Shown one piece after another: positions 1-12,823 of a stretch of DNA of 64,000 nt (position 1 is the stretch's first letter; each line of letters begins with the position of its first letter). The translations under genes and the position numbers were made by a program. Origin of the DNA: Eledone cirrhosa (taxonomy: Eukaryota); NCBI GenBank assembly GCA_964016885.1, contig OZ024741.1, positions 61,380,001-61,444,000 of the forward strand. Direction: 5' to 3'. Under the pieces are notes generated by a model that made no database searches, was not told the origin of the DNA, and saw only the letters and a list, made by a program, of their open reading frames with translations.

Positions 1-299
1 AGATAAAAATCGTTTTGGCAGAAAGCCTACTGTATTTACTATCCATTTTTTGTCTAGTTTTGTCTTGGTTGTTAGTTCCAATGGATTATTTTACTGATAG
101 GGATAAGTATATTGAAATAATCTCCTAGAAAACCTCACGGTAGTTGTCAACTTGAAAAATCTTGCCCATAACTAACTAATGTTTAAAAAAAACAAAGGCA
201 ATGATATATATTGTATATACTCATATATAAGTTGCACCCCCATTTTACAGATAACGTTTATAGTGTACCATATATTTTGAAATAAGGTTTACTCCTGGG

Positions 300-640
300 T
301 GCTGCACAGTAGGAATGGAAATCAGTGTTATGAAGACTGAAACACACATCCTCTAAAGGACGCCTGCACAGTGCATTCTATATGTAAGTGATGTTCCACT
401 GAAACACCTGCGAAGTTAAAGTGCCTTGGGTCTATTTTCATGAGTGATGGAAGGCAGGAAGCTGAATTAAGTATAAGATTTGGAAAAGCTAGTGCAGCAA
501 TGTGCCAGCTTCAGCATTTAGCCATCAGAAGAAAAGAGGTAGGTGTAAACTTGCTATCTTTAATTCACTATTTGTGCCAACTCTTACCTATGGCCATGAA
601 TCTTGATTGTGAACACAAGCAGATGAAATGAAGTGGATGG
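300..640 (+). mobile_element. RTE-clade LINE fragment (RT C-terminal part), decayed
   Basis: Translates GMEISVMKTE...KCLGSIFMSDGRQEAELSIRFGKAS; shares 'catgagtgatggaaggcagga' with the RTE piece at 58560-59010. Confidence 0.7.
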
Positions 641-689
641 ATAGAGAGAGAGATGCAAATATATACAGTATAATATATATACAAAGCAG

Positions 690-1030
690 AAATGCTGGTA
701 GCACAATAAAATACACCCAGTTCACTCTGTAAAATGGTAGAGCTGAGACCATGAAAAGATGCACTCTGTAAAGTAGTAGTAGCATTGGTGCTATGATAAA
801 ACACATCCAGCACACTGTATAAACAGGTAGAGCTGGTACCATGATAAAATGCACCCAGTCAACTAAGTAAAGTGTTATATTTGGTACCATTATAAAATGC
901 ACTCAGTATGCTCTGTAAAATGGTAGTGCTGGTGTTACAATAAAATAAAAACTTCCAGAACACTTTGAAAAGTGGTAGAGATGGTGCCACAATAAAATGC
1001 ACACAGGGTACTCTGTAAAGCGGTAGTGCA
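690..1030. repeat. ~47-bp minisatellite (~7 degenerate units) related to the internal unit of the OR-like SINE
   Basis: Repeated gctggtgc..ataaaatgcacccagt.cactctgtaaa.tggtag. Confidence 0.75.
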
Positions 1031-1348
1031 ATAATTGATAAACAATGATTGTCACTCACAATCAAGAAAACATAGCAACATGCCTCCTCTAATGATTTTA
1101 TACATCCATATAATCATGAGAAGACACAGGCATTTACAATTTTCCTATTCTTAACTCAGTAGAACATCCAGGTTAACAATGAGGAGAGAGGGCTGCACTA
1201 ACACTAGCATAGTACTTTCTTTATCAACTCCAAAAGGATGAATAGCATAATAAGCAATATTTTATCACAGAGTGCATAGAACCAGAACAAATATTGTAAT
1301 GTCTTTTATGTGATGCTCTAACAGCTCTAACAAATCAACTACCATTTG

Positions 1349-1690
1349 AACCCTTTCATTACCATGCATATTACTCATGAAAGGCCCTGCCTATGACTTT
1401 CATATAAATTTGAAAATAATCAGAAATTTGGTAGAGTTTAGTAATATAACTTTTTCATTATTAAGCAGGTTTTACTGACCTTGTGCCTAAAGTAGAAACA
1501 ATTATTAAGCAGGTTCTTACATAAAATTATGGTAATATGTTTAACTCTTTCATTACATTATTTCTGATGGAAGTCCCTGCCTATCATTTGCAAATGATTT
1601 TGAAAATAATCAGGAATCTATAGGAGTTTAGTTATATAACTAACTTTCTCATTATTAAGATGGTGCTTGGATCAAGTTGATTTTTATTTT
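1349..1690. mobile_element. Two degenerate copies of the TTAA/CCCTTT piggyBac-like MITE
   Basis: Start with ccctttcattacca / ctctttcattaca; internal sequence matches the complete copy at 39717-39971. Confidence 0.6.
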
Positions 1691-3004
1691 AGATATTGGG
1701 AAATTCTTTAGTTGAATCAAAGACATGATGACTTCTCTAGTGCTGGTGCCATGATAAAATACACCCAGTGCACACACAAAATGCAGGAATGTATGTAAGC
1801 AAGATATGGGTCCTTGGCCCATCTGAGAGGCCAGTAGCTCTGATTAAGTACTAACTTGGTCTGTAACAACTTGTCCAACCCTTGCTAGCAGGGAAAATAG
1901 ACGCTAAACAATGATGATGATGGTGAAGATAAACACTATATATCATTGTAATAAACAATGTTATAACATAGAACCAGGTGCAGTTTGATGTGGTGGTTTG
2001 ATAATGAAAGGGGGAAATGGGATAAGACCAATGAACTGAAATCACAAATATAAGAGATTAAGTTTGGACATGTTTTCTGTTTATTTCCTTATGTCTATGG
2101 CAAATAAGATATCTTATACAACTAAAATAAAGAAATTAGGAAACAAAAATTCAGGCAAAATAGAATCCATCCATGGGCCCTGAATTCTTGGAGTCATAGA
2201 GATATTTCATGACATACAGTGTGTCTTAGGCATTTAAAACCTGGTGGGGCTAATTCCTCTACAGTTATGAACATAGCTGATTACTTCCAGAGTGAGTGGG
2301 GGAAGAATCAACACCAGTACTAGATGGATGACCTTGAAAGGATGAAAAACAAAGTTGACTATGTCATTATTTGATCTCAGAGTTTAGAGAGCTGAAACAC
2401 ATACCATAAAGCATTGTAACCAACATCCATCTAATCCATGCTAGCATGGAAAATGGATATTAAACGATGATGCTGATGATGAAGATTCTGCCAAGTCAGC
2501 CCAATCCACTATAGAAGAGGATAGCTAAAAAATAAACCAAAAGCCTAAAAAAAGAAAAACAAACTTCTGAACTTAAAAGATGTTGCTGAACACATCTGCA
2601 ATTTTCTCTGATTGTTTCAAATGAGGAATTTGCACTTCTGTTAGAAATAATTAATTAAATTAAATTATGTTCCCCCAAAAGTTGTAATTTAATTTTGAAT
2701 ATAACTAAATAATGGCACAGATTGCAGCATTCACTGTTAAAAAGTAAATAAATAAATAAATGAATAAATGGATAAATAACAACAACAAAAAAACACCTAA
2801 AACAAAACAGATACTAACAAATATTTTTTTTTAAATAATTTAAATCCCTCCATACTCTCAGACACATACACACACCAAAATCCAAAAGGAAACATTTTAA
2901 AGTAGACATGAAATCATTTTAATAGATTCTGTTCAAACACATTTATGTTGTGTTAAAAATTCTTCTGGTAATAACATAAAATTTTAACTATAATGGGTAA
3001 TTTT

Positions 3005-3230
3005 GAAGTGATGGTGGTGATGGAAGTTTTTTAGTGGTACTTTTTATGGTGCTTTTGTTGTTGGTGGTGGTGGTGTGGGTGTGGTAGTGGTATTGTTATT
3101 GTTGTTGTTGATGGTTGGGTGGTGGTAGTGGTGTTGTTATTGTTGGTGGTTGCAGCATTGATGCTAGTGTTGTTAGTGATGGTGGTGGTGTCAGTTGTGG
3201 TGTTGGTGGTAGCTGTATTGGTGTTAGTGG
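3005..3230. repeat. (GGT/GTT)n low-complexity tract
   Basis: Direct inspection. Confidence 0.85.
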
Positions 3231-3246
3231 TCACTTCAGACAATGA

Positions 3247-3463
3247 TTTCTTATATAGGCACAAGGCCAGTAATTTTGAGGGAGGGGAAAGTTGATTAAA
3301 TCAACCCCAGTGTGTGACTGGTACTTTATTTTATCGACCCCGTAAGGATGAAAGGCAAAGTTAACCTCGGCGGGATTTGAACTCAGATCATAAAGGGTCG
3401 TAACTCTATGCTGCAAAGCATGGCGTCCGACCCTCTACCAATACTGCCAATCCACCGCCCTCA
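3247..3463 (-). mobile_element. tRNA-derived SINE, OK-like family, with TSD
   Basis: A box TGGCAGTATTGG, B box GAGTTCAAATCC, core gccgaggttaactttgcctttcatccttacggggtcgataaaataaagtacc; 18-bp TSD ggtcacttcagaYaatga at 3229-3246 and 3464-3481. Confidence 0.85.
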
Positions 3464-3849
3464 GGTCACTTCAGATAATGACAAGAGTTAATAGCAATGC
3501 TACTCACTGCAAGAAATAGTTATGGAGTGATGGTCCTCTGGTAGGCCACATTCTCTATCTACTTGATCATTGACATATAATAACAGTGATGACTAGGACT
3601 CCTCAAGGAGGCAATTGGAAAAGAGGTAGACTGAAAATTACTTGGTGGTGAAGATTACAAGATAATCTGAAGGCTGTCAAAATCATTTGAAATGGATGCA
3701 AAAGAGCACAAATGGATCCTGTGCATTGGAGGAAGATTGTCGTCCATTATGCTCCCCAAAATGAAGGTAATTTCCATGCTCCCATGTTTACTGATGTAGA
3801 ACACAGTTGTCTATCTTGGACTTTTTGTAACAGAGAGTTACAGTAACAG

Positions 3850-4100
3850 TGAGAGAGAGGTAGAAAGAAAATGAGAGAGTGTGGAGCAGAGTGTTGGAGA
3901 GAAAGATAGGCAGAGTGATGGGGAGAAAGAGAAGCAGATTGATGGGGAGAGAGAGAAGCAGAGTGTTGGGGAGAGAGAGAGAAGAGTGATGGGGAGAGAG
4001 AGAGAAGAGTGATGGGGAGAGAGAGAGAGAAGAGTGTTGGGGAGAAAGAGAGGCAGACTGTTGGGGAGAAAGAGAGGCAGAGTGTTGGAAAGAGAGAGAG
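3850..4100. repeat. GA-rich ~22-bp minisatellite
   Basis: Repeated gagaagcagagtgttggggagaga variants. Confidence 0.8.
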
Positions 4101-4206
4101 GGGTGGTTATTTCATTATATGGATAGTCAATTATTAGTATTTCAGGAAAAAATGAAATAAATTAAATCTTCCTTCTCATTATTAATTACTATTATTAATT
4201 ACTATT

Positions 4207-4524
4207 ATTAGAAGACAGCACTTGCCTCTCCACCCTGATTTTCATAAAGGGAGTTTGATGAAAGGTGAGTGTAAGTGGTGAGTCTGGTCTGAGTGAATGG
4301 GCCCACTCTGAGTATGCACCTGTAGTCTGAGGAGTGGGAGGACTGAGAGATGGTGGGACTATATTTGAGGAATTTTTGTTTTAATTTTTTAATTTGTTTT
4401 TACATATTTCTATTTTCTTGCTATAACCTTTTTACATGGCCAAAACCCATTTTGTATCGTCCTGCACCGTTCTGTGCCATCTGTAATGTTTTTCTTCATG
4501 TTAGCCCTTGTGGCCAATAAAGAA
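4207..4524 (+). mobile_element. 3' end of a LINE (probably L1/Tx1-like), 5'-truncated
   Basis: Ends ttagcccttgtggccaataaagaa; 19-bp TSD actattattaattactatt at 4188-4206 and 4525-4543; clade assignment is inference. Confidence 0.55.
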
Positions 4525-4543
4525 ACTATTATTAATTACTATT

Positions 4544-4795
4544 CCAGTAACGCATCGGGATAATTGCTGGCCTTGTGCCTAAAGTAGAAACAATTATTAT
4601 TGGTGGATTGGCAGTATTAGTAGAGGGTCTGACATCATGCTTTGCAGTAAAGAGTTACGTCCCTTTATGGTCTGAGTTCAAATCTTGCCGAGGTTAACTT
4701 TGCCTTTCATATTTACGGGGTTGATAAAATAAAGTACCAGTAATACACTGAGATAATTTCTGGTCTAGTGCCAAAAGTAGAAACAATTATTATTT
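4544..4795 (+). mobile_element. OK-like SINE preceded by a 3' fragment of the same family
   Basis: A/B boxes and core as at 3247; tail gcctaaagtagaaacaattatt occurs twice. Confidence 0.8.
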
Positions 4796-5257
4796 TCATT
4801 GTGAGCTGTCACTGTGTGTGTGTGTGCGTGCATGCATGTGTGTTCCAGACAAACGGCAATATTGACAGTTTATAAAACGAAAACCAGTAGTGACACTCGT
4901 TTGTTCTCCATAAATAAAATATTCGAAAAGTCACATAACAAGCAGTTCAAGCAAACATCCATAATATATATACTTAAAATAAGGTATAGGTTAAACTTGG
5001 AGGGACATTTCACTTGCAGTAGTAAACCTGCCTCAATACATCTCAGTCAACCCATGCAAGAATGGAAAAAGCAGACATCATCATGATCATGATCATGATG
5101 ATAATAATAATAATGAAAATATTGTGTACAATGCTCAGGTGCACTACAACTCATCAAAAAGTGTATGTATAGTACATAGGGTAATGTACAAACGTCAGGA
5201 AAATTAACAGTGCATGAGTTATGATATACATGTGTGCATGTGTATGGAAGGGGGACA

Positions 5258-7450
5258 TCAGGTGTAGTTTTGGTGAATTTCGGGAAGCATGAGGGTTTTA
5301 AAGGATGCAGTGTCTCTGCAGCTAACAACTGACGCAGGCAGTTTGTTCCATGCTTCAGCAACTCTAAGCGTGAAAAAATGTTTCCGAAAGTCATGGGAGC
5401 TGTGCTGTTTTCTGATTTTGTAGGCATGTCCACGTGTGTTAGACACATGGAGATCAAAAAGGTGTTCAGGGTTGTTGTTGGCGAGATGGTTAATAACTTT
5501 GTGGGTGTTTACCAAGTCCATTGCCAGACGTCGGAGCTTCAATAAATCCATGCCCAGAGAAGTAAGGCTTTCAGAGTATGGTAGATTCCTGATGGAGGGT
5601 ATGCGCTTGGTTGCACGTCTCTGAACAGTTTCCAGGAGGTCAATGTTCTGAGCAAAATAGGGGTTCCAGACTGATGATGCGAATTCAAAGTGTGGTCGTA
5701 CCATAGCTGTATACAGCTTTAAATAGATGGCTGGAGAGCGGCTAACAAAGGTCTTGCTGAGTGATGCCAAGACATCCTCAGTCTTCTTGACAATCTTAGA
5801 AACATGCTTTGTCCAACGCAAATCGCTGCTGACAGTAATGCCCAGGTCACGTTCACAAGAGGACTTCTTGATATCAGTGTTGTGGAGGCAGTATGTGGAC
5901 GCTGGATTTTTCCTCCCAAAATGCATGGTGGTACACTTGTCCACAGCCAGCTTCAGTTGCCAGTCTGTGATCCATTGCTGCATTGTGTCCAGGTCTGATT
6001 GTAGGAAAGAGTTATAGATTTCAGGATCAGTCCTTTTGATTTCAAGGTACATCTTGATGTCATCTGCATATTTCAGTACTGTGACATTCTTTAAGTTGGC
6101 ATCTATGTCATTAATATATGCCACAAACAAAAGGGGACCAAGAACAGATCCCTGTGGTACACCAGATGACATCTCATATGGTGAAGAATGCTGTCCTAGA
6201 ACCGTGACTACCTCTTTTCGGCTGAGAATGAAGGGTTTCAACCAGTTAAAAAGATCATCCCTCACACCCCTTGGAGAGATTTTCGCCATAAGTCTTTTGT
6301 GTGGCACAGAATTAAAAGCCTTAGCGAAGTCAAGGTAAACAACATCCACCCATGAGCCGCTGTCAGTGATCTGGGTAATGTCTTCAAGGAACTCGATAAG
6401 CTGATCACAGCAGCTAGAGTTAGGGATAAATCCAAACTGCGAGGGCCGGATGAGGTTGTGAGAGCTCCAGAAGTTCCAAAGTGTTTCTCTGACACAGGAT
6501 TCCATCAGTTTGGCAATACAGCTAGTAAGACTGACTGGACGATAGTTGACAGGTGACGTTCGGTCGCCCTTTTTGAACAGAGGAATGACACTGGCAGTTT
6601 TCCACTGCTCCGGAGTAGCACCATTGTTGAGACAGTATTGAAAGGAGAAAGAAAGCTGCTGCAAAAGGAAGTACCCACCACGTTTGAGAAGCAGGTATGT
6701 AATACCATCAAGACCAGGGAGGCATAGTTGCGCTTATTCTTAAAGTGACGTCGCAACATTGCAGGTGTAAATTCCATAGTTGTTATGGAATTTGATGTTA
6801 GAGATGGTGGAGATGGTACATTCTGGTTTTCAATGCTAAAAATGCTTGCATAGCACTCAGCAATGAGTTCTGCGCATTCTTTGGGATCATCAGTGATCTG
6901 GCTTGTGTGGGGATTGCGAAGAGGACCAACTGGAGAGTGAGGTCTCTGCTTTGAATGAACATATTTCCAGAACACCTTACTGTCAGGATTGGTTGCTATG
7001 CACTGTTCAAATTCAAGCACTACCTTTTTTGTCACTTGCTTGAGATGGTTGGAAGATTTATTCCACTTTTTTCTGTTGGCATCTGATTTATGCAGTTTAT
7101 ATTCCCGTTCAGCGTTCCAACGTTCTTTCCTGGCAAGTCGGACCGCTGAAGTTTCCCAAATTGCACTTTTGGGGTGGATTTTTTTCTGCTTACATGGTAC
7201 CGATGCTGCACACGCTATCCATATTGAGCTCAGGATGCTCTGGAGTATAGTGTTAACATCTCCAGTCCTTGCGGAAAAGGTTGTACCCAGTAATGCTGAA
7301 AACCCCATCACAGAGTAAGGAATGTACCCATGTTTCCGTGACTGATGAAGTCAGGGTCGATGCTTCTGACATAGGAGTTAAACAGATGTATCTTGTTGCA
7401 TAAACTGCGAGCATTTAAGGACAACAATTTGTACCCTGCTTGCAGTTTAC
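5258..7450 (-). pseudogene. LINE ORF2 (APE remnant + reverse transcriptase); RT part open for 468 aa (5258-6664)
   Basis: Motifs NARSLCNK, VTETW, GYNLFRKD, FWKYV, NYRPVSLTS, QFGF, DFAKAFNSVPH, SGVPQGSVLGPLLF, YADD, WNKLP; frameshifts near 7345 and 6715. Confidence 0.92.
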
Positions 7451-7529
7451 GATGGTGTGTAGAGGATGGCAGGTTTTTCTGGTTTAGTTTCACAGAGTTG
7501 TTGCAGTTTTTTAATTGCCAGTTATTGTG

Positions 7530-8720
7530 GGTAGAGCACACTGAGACCAGCTGGTATCTCTCTTCCACGTTTCACCAGCCTTAACAAACCTCCAGATCTG
7601 CCCATCATCACGCAGACTAAAACTTTCATGTTGTGCTGAGTTCCAATTCAAGGAAGCTGCAGCACGTAGCTTTGGACGTACATTGGGTGGTAGGCCTGGT
7701 CGTGTTCGGAAGGTAATCCGATTTTCACACCCAGCTTTAACAGAGGCCAGATGATATGAAATTGCCTCAGCGGGGTCCGAAAACGACAGCCTGATGAGTC
7801 TGGGTTTTGGACCAGGTCGACCAAGGCGGAGAGCACCTTTAGGGGGAACACAGCCTAGGTCTTTGGCTGAGCTGGCAGTAAATGCCTGAAGATTGCCTTG
7901 TCCTCTGGTACCCCAGTGGCAATTACTTCATGGGTAGCAGATTCAGCAGTCTTCTGAGTGTGCCCAGATACGGCAAGAGGTACAGGGAGATTCTTTAGCA
8001 AGGCATTCCAATAAGACCCCTCATTGTGGGGTCCTACCTGAATGCTTGCTTTTATTCCTGTTACTTCCCTTCTTAAAGCAGAAATAATTTGTTGCAATTC
8101 TGCAAAATCTGTATTAGTCGATTGTTGTTGTTGCTGTTGCTGCTGCTGTTGTTGCTGCTGCTGCTGTTGTTGTTGATGATCATGATGTTCCTCCACGGGA
8201 ATGGTAGGGGAAGACACAGTCGTCGGTTGTTGGTGACGAGATGTACTGGGAGCGGAAGACATGGGTTGTTGTTGTTTCTGATGTTCTTCCACAAGAATAG
8301 CAGCAGAAGCCAGTGTCATAGGTTTTTGCCATTGTTCAGTAACAACGGTAGAGGAAGATACAGTCATCGGTTTATTTTGTTGTTGTTGTTGTTTTTCAAT
8401 AACATTGGTGGAGGTAGGCACACAGGCCAGGCACTGAAAGGACCAGGATTTTAGCTGGACCATCTCCTAGAGTCCATCCATCATAGCAATATGTCTCTTT
8501 TTTGGGGCCTGGGATCCTCCAGAAGCCTGTGGCGCATTGAAGGCAGACAGAGATGCGACAGGTTCCACATTCGACCCAGCGATTACGGAACGTGTTTTAG
8601 GATTCCGTACAGATATGGCAGATGTGATTTTCTGGGCAATGTTCTATTTTGGAACATCGACCAGGTTTTATCGCATACTTTATCCATGGATATCACCATG
8701 GCAATTTTGTTATTTCTGCC
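7530..8720 (-). pseudogene. LINE ORF1: PHD-like Cys finger, poly-Q linker, coiled coil, RRM-like C-terminus
   Basis: Manual translation CHIC..WVECGTC..VCLQC..WSFQCLAC; poly-Q; ELQQIISALRREV; LRLGRPGPKPRLIRLSF; contains stops and frameshifts. Confidence 0.75.
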
Positions 8721-9946
8721 CATACGTAGAAAAACACAGAATGTAAACAATATAGGTTTAGCACACTTGATTATGATAGAAATAAAATGATCATGATGAT
8801 GAAAGTGATGTTAGATCAGTAGAAAAGGACATAGGTATGAATACCCTACTTCACCCTCCTCAGTACTTGCACTCCCTCCTCCCCACTAAATACAGACTTA
8901 TCTCTACTATCTTCTGACAGACCAGCACTGCTACTTAATTTTCACACAGTTTTTAGACACATTTTTTATGGTGGAACTATATCAAAAATAGAAACTGTAA
9001 ATGGGCATTCTTGATTTAAATTATTTAATTTTTCCAAAAGTAAGTTCCAGCTCTTGTTCATGCTAATATTGAGATTCTCATTTTTTTATGTTTTGTTTCC
9101 ACAATATTTTTTCCACATCTTTCCTCCACTAGAAAGTAACATTTATCATCTCTATTTAGCCAGGCTACTCAAGAATTACAGCCACCCAACTCTGGCTAGA
9201 AGCTAGATTTCGTTGAGCCCCTTGAAATGCAACCTACCAGCTTGACTGATCTTATGTGAAAGAGAGATTCCTGCATGACCCACCATCATCATTTAACATC
9301 CATTCTCTCTGCTAGCAAGGAAAGATTAGATGGGTTATTAATACTGACCTCTCAGATGGGCCAATTAAGGAAGGGGTTGTGTGCATCTTGCTTACATATG
9401 TTCCTGCACTATAGAAAATGCACTTTTACCATGGCACCAGCACTAGGGAGGCTGCCATATATTTGACTCAACTGAAGTATCCTCCCTATTCTTTATTTGG
9501 GTAGTTTTCTCTGGCTGAGTGCCCTTCCTGTCACCAACCACTTTACAGAATGTAGTGGGTGTGTTTATCATGTCACCAGCACTCGAGAAGTTGTCAGTTA
9601 TTGACTCAACTGAAAACTCACTATACCATAATCATGATACAAACGAAGTCTAAGATTTATTTTATAAAGCTACATAGATGAAAAGCTAGAAAGTTCCATC
9701 TATTTCCCAGTAGCATTAAAGATTAACTGTCTAAATGTCGGAGATGAGTTCTTAATAAGATTATAGATCTTCCAGTCTATTACCAATAGTTTCAGACATA
9801 AACACAGTGGTTAATATTTACATGTCAATCGAAGATCAAACTGGTTGATTCCTAGTGTAAATGTAAATATTAAAACAATTTTTTTTTAATTCCATCTCTA
9901 AAGATTTAGGTTAATAGTCTGAAAATTGTAATCTTATTAGCATTAA

Positions 9947-10920
9947 CCCTTTCATTGCTATATTTCTAGTGAAGTACTGCTTATCATTTTCAAGTCATTT
10001 TGAAATATTTAAGGAACTAGAGAGATTTAGTAATATAACTTACTTTCTCAATAATAAGCTGGTATTTGAAATATAACATATTTCCTTACATAAAATCATG
10101 GTAAAAGGTTTTTAGATAAATACTAGACCACCCGTGACTTGTTGGGTCATGTTCACTTAAAAATATTTTTTAAAATCATTTTCACTTTAAAATAATTTTT
10201 GAATAATTGAAATATACACAGACATGTATATAATGTAAAATGAAATTGGAAGGCCCATATATTTATATGTGTGTGTGTGTGTGTATATATATATATGGGT
10301 GTCTGTGGCCTATATACACTATTCACAGACACACACGCATATACACACACACACTTAGAAACCCTTCCTATTTACACACATCCTGTCCTAACACAAGTTA
10401 TATGGTACATTTGACTTAATATTCAGTCACCAAATTCAAGTTAGATACAGTAATGCTGTATTTGATTCATTGAAGTCACCAGTTAGAATTTCATTCAACA
10501 ACACCACTAGCTCTCTCTCTCTCTCTTCCATTTTCCTTCTGTCTCCTTCTCTCTCTCTATGTCTTTCTTTCAATTTACTCTCTTACAACTACTATCTCTT
10601 TCTCTTTCTCTATTTATGAAGGTACCTTCAAAAACCCCATATCTCGGGAACCCGGGCTCCGATTTACGTGAAACTTGTTTTATTCCATTTGTATTCCCAT
10701 TTCAGGGGCAACTTCCTTTCAAAGTATTTTCCCTTTATGCATCATTTTGGCTGGCTGTATTGAATTACAGACAAGACAAAATCACAGAGTTTTAGTAGCA
10801 TATAGATAAACACTTTAACCCTTTTGTTACTACATTTCAAATGAAATTCACTGCCTATGATTTTCAAATAATTTTGGAAAATAATTATATTTTTCAAGGT
10901 CTTGCTAATGTGGTCTTTCA
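9947..10920. mobile_element. piggyBac-like MITE interrupted by a Helitron, followed by a second copy starting at TTAA 10815-10818
   Basis: ttaa-ccctttc start; MITE sequence tttagataaata|taaacactttaa is split exactly by the Helitron. Confidence 0.7.
10123..10806 (-). mobile_element. Non-autonomous Helitron (same family as 44627-45269)
   Basis: 5' TC, 3' CTAG, inserted at A|T with no TSD; 5' ~190 bp match 44627-44815. Confidence 0.8.
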
Positions 10921-11559
10921 AGGTTTGATAATTCAAATGTTTATAGAATCTTTACTACTGGACAGATTGTTGTGAAAATGTTCAGTATTGTTTAAGGTTA
11001 AAACTTTAATTCTTAACGTGATGTAGTCAGATGGCAGTTTTCTGTTTTTCAAGAATATATTGCTCATGTGGTTTGTTAATTCAAATATTCATAGTATCTT
11101 TATTAATGGACAAAACATTGGGAAAATTTGCAGTAAGCTAAAAACCCCAATTCTTAATGTGATGCAGTCATAGTGCTCTTTTGTACTTCTTAAGAATGTC
11201 GTGTTGATGTGGTTTCATGTGGTATAGGACATAAAAGTTAACTAACTGTGTATGAATGAGATATGAAAGTATATGAAAAAGATAAATGTGATAAATATGT
11301 TATTGTGAATAAGGTAGTTATGAGGAGTTGTGTGAATGAGGTAAAGATGTTACAGAATCTAAAGATGTACAGGATGTAGCTAATACATCAAAGGAGAAAG
11401 AAGCAAAGAAGAAAAGAAAGACATTTAGATACAAGCAGGAATTGAATCATGTCTTCATGAAAAGTAATAAGTAATATAATAACTGATGGTTGATTTCTAT
11501 TTTACACTGTTCATATAGCTTGTAAAAACACCATGGTAACTGATTTTAAAAGAAAAACG

Positions 11560-11926
11560 AAGATAGTATATATATATTCATGTGTATGTATATGTGGGTG
11601 TGTGCACGTGTATAATTATATATATATAAATATATATCCATAAATATAATTACATAACATAATATAATAAAGTATATGTATAGACACACATACATGCATA
11701 TATCTATGGGTATGATATATATATATATACACAGATATTTATATATACACACATATTTATATATATACACATATTTATATATATATATATACACATATTT
11801 ATATATATATATATATATACATATTTATATATATATATACATATTTATATATATATATGTATATACATATTTATATATATATATATATACACATATTTAT
11901 ATATATATATATACATATTTATATAT

Positions 11927-11985
<59 letters not shown>
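11560..11985. repeat. (TA)n / (TATACACATATT)n microsatellite
   Basis: Direct inspection. Confidence 0.9.
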
Positions 11986-11986
<1 letters not shown>

Positions 11987-12260
11987 GTATGATTTTTTGA
12001 ATATTTTCTGGTGTATCAATAGCTGGTAATTAGAACTAAAATTGTTTTAGTTCCTCAATGAATGGTGTGACAAGCTTTTTTCCAACTTGTAATAAACCAA
12101 AATTGATGATTAAACAGGATGAATAAACATTACAAGTTGTAAAACATTGCTTCTTCCACTCATAAAATGTTATTATTTAGATTATTTTCATATCTATTTA
12201 TTTATTTACGTTCTTTCGATTGGAGGATTAAAAGACAGTGTTAGTGTGAAAATGAACAAG

Positions 12261-12301
<41 letters not shown>

Positions 12302-12823
12302 TTGTATATATATATGTGTGTGGATGTGTGTGTGTATATGCACACACAAATATATATATAAACGCATGTGTGTGTATATATACATAGCCTCGTATGGCTT
12401 TAAAGAAAGAGATAGAAATTGTTAAGATATATGGAAGAACTTGTGAAGAGGAGACAAAATCAATATAAATGTATTGGTAAAAGTATCGATTCAAGAAATA
12501 AAAACAAAAGGAAGCAAAGAAATAAATAAGAAGAACTAGCAGACTTTTGGTCAAAGGGTAGTGCCAACACAATGTCAGTCCATTGATCAACTGTGGAATC
12601 TTGGCTTTGCACAAGTTCACTGTATGTTTTGGAGATATTTTTATTGCTTTTTCTGTTTTGGATTTGTCAAATTCTTGACTAGAATCAGAAGAAGGAACAA
12701 TGAAGAATTTTACCATTTTGTCATTTATAATGTAACATTTTTTCATATTTGTGCCAATTCTCTTTGATTTACTTTTCTTTTCTGTTTTCTTTCTTGTGAG
12801 ATGGGGAAATAAATATATCTTAA

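Larger units (their letters stand above)
5103..8786 (-). mobile_element. CR1/L2-group LINE with both ORFs, internally deleted and frameshifted
   Basis: ORF1 remnant, APE start and RT; (ATT)n 3' tail at ~5103-5114; 14-bp TSD atgatcatgatgat at 5089-5102 and 8787-8800. Confidence 0.9.

Noticed and set aside
690-1030. CRISPR-like periodicity
   Set aside because: Whole units are repeated with no unique spacers; eukaryotic context; no cas genes
11546-12029. YI/HT-rich ORFs (also 44.2-44.6, 53.0-53.3 and 55.4-55.7 kb)
   Set aside because: Translations of TA/CA microsatellites
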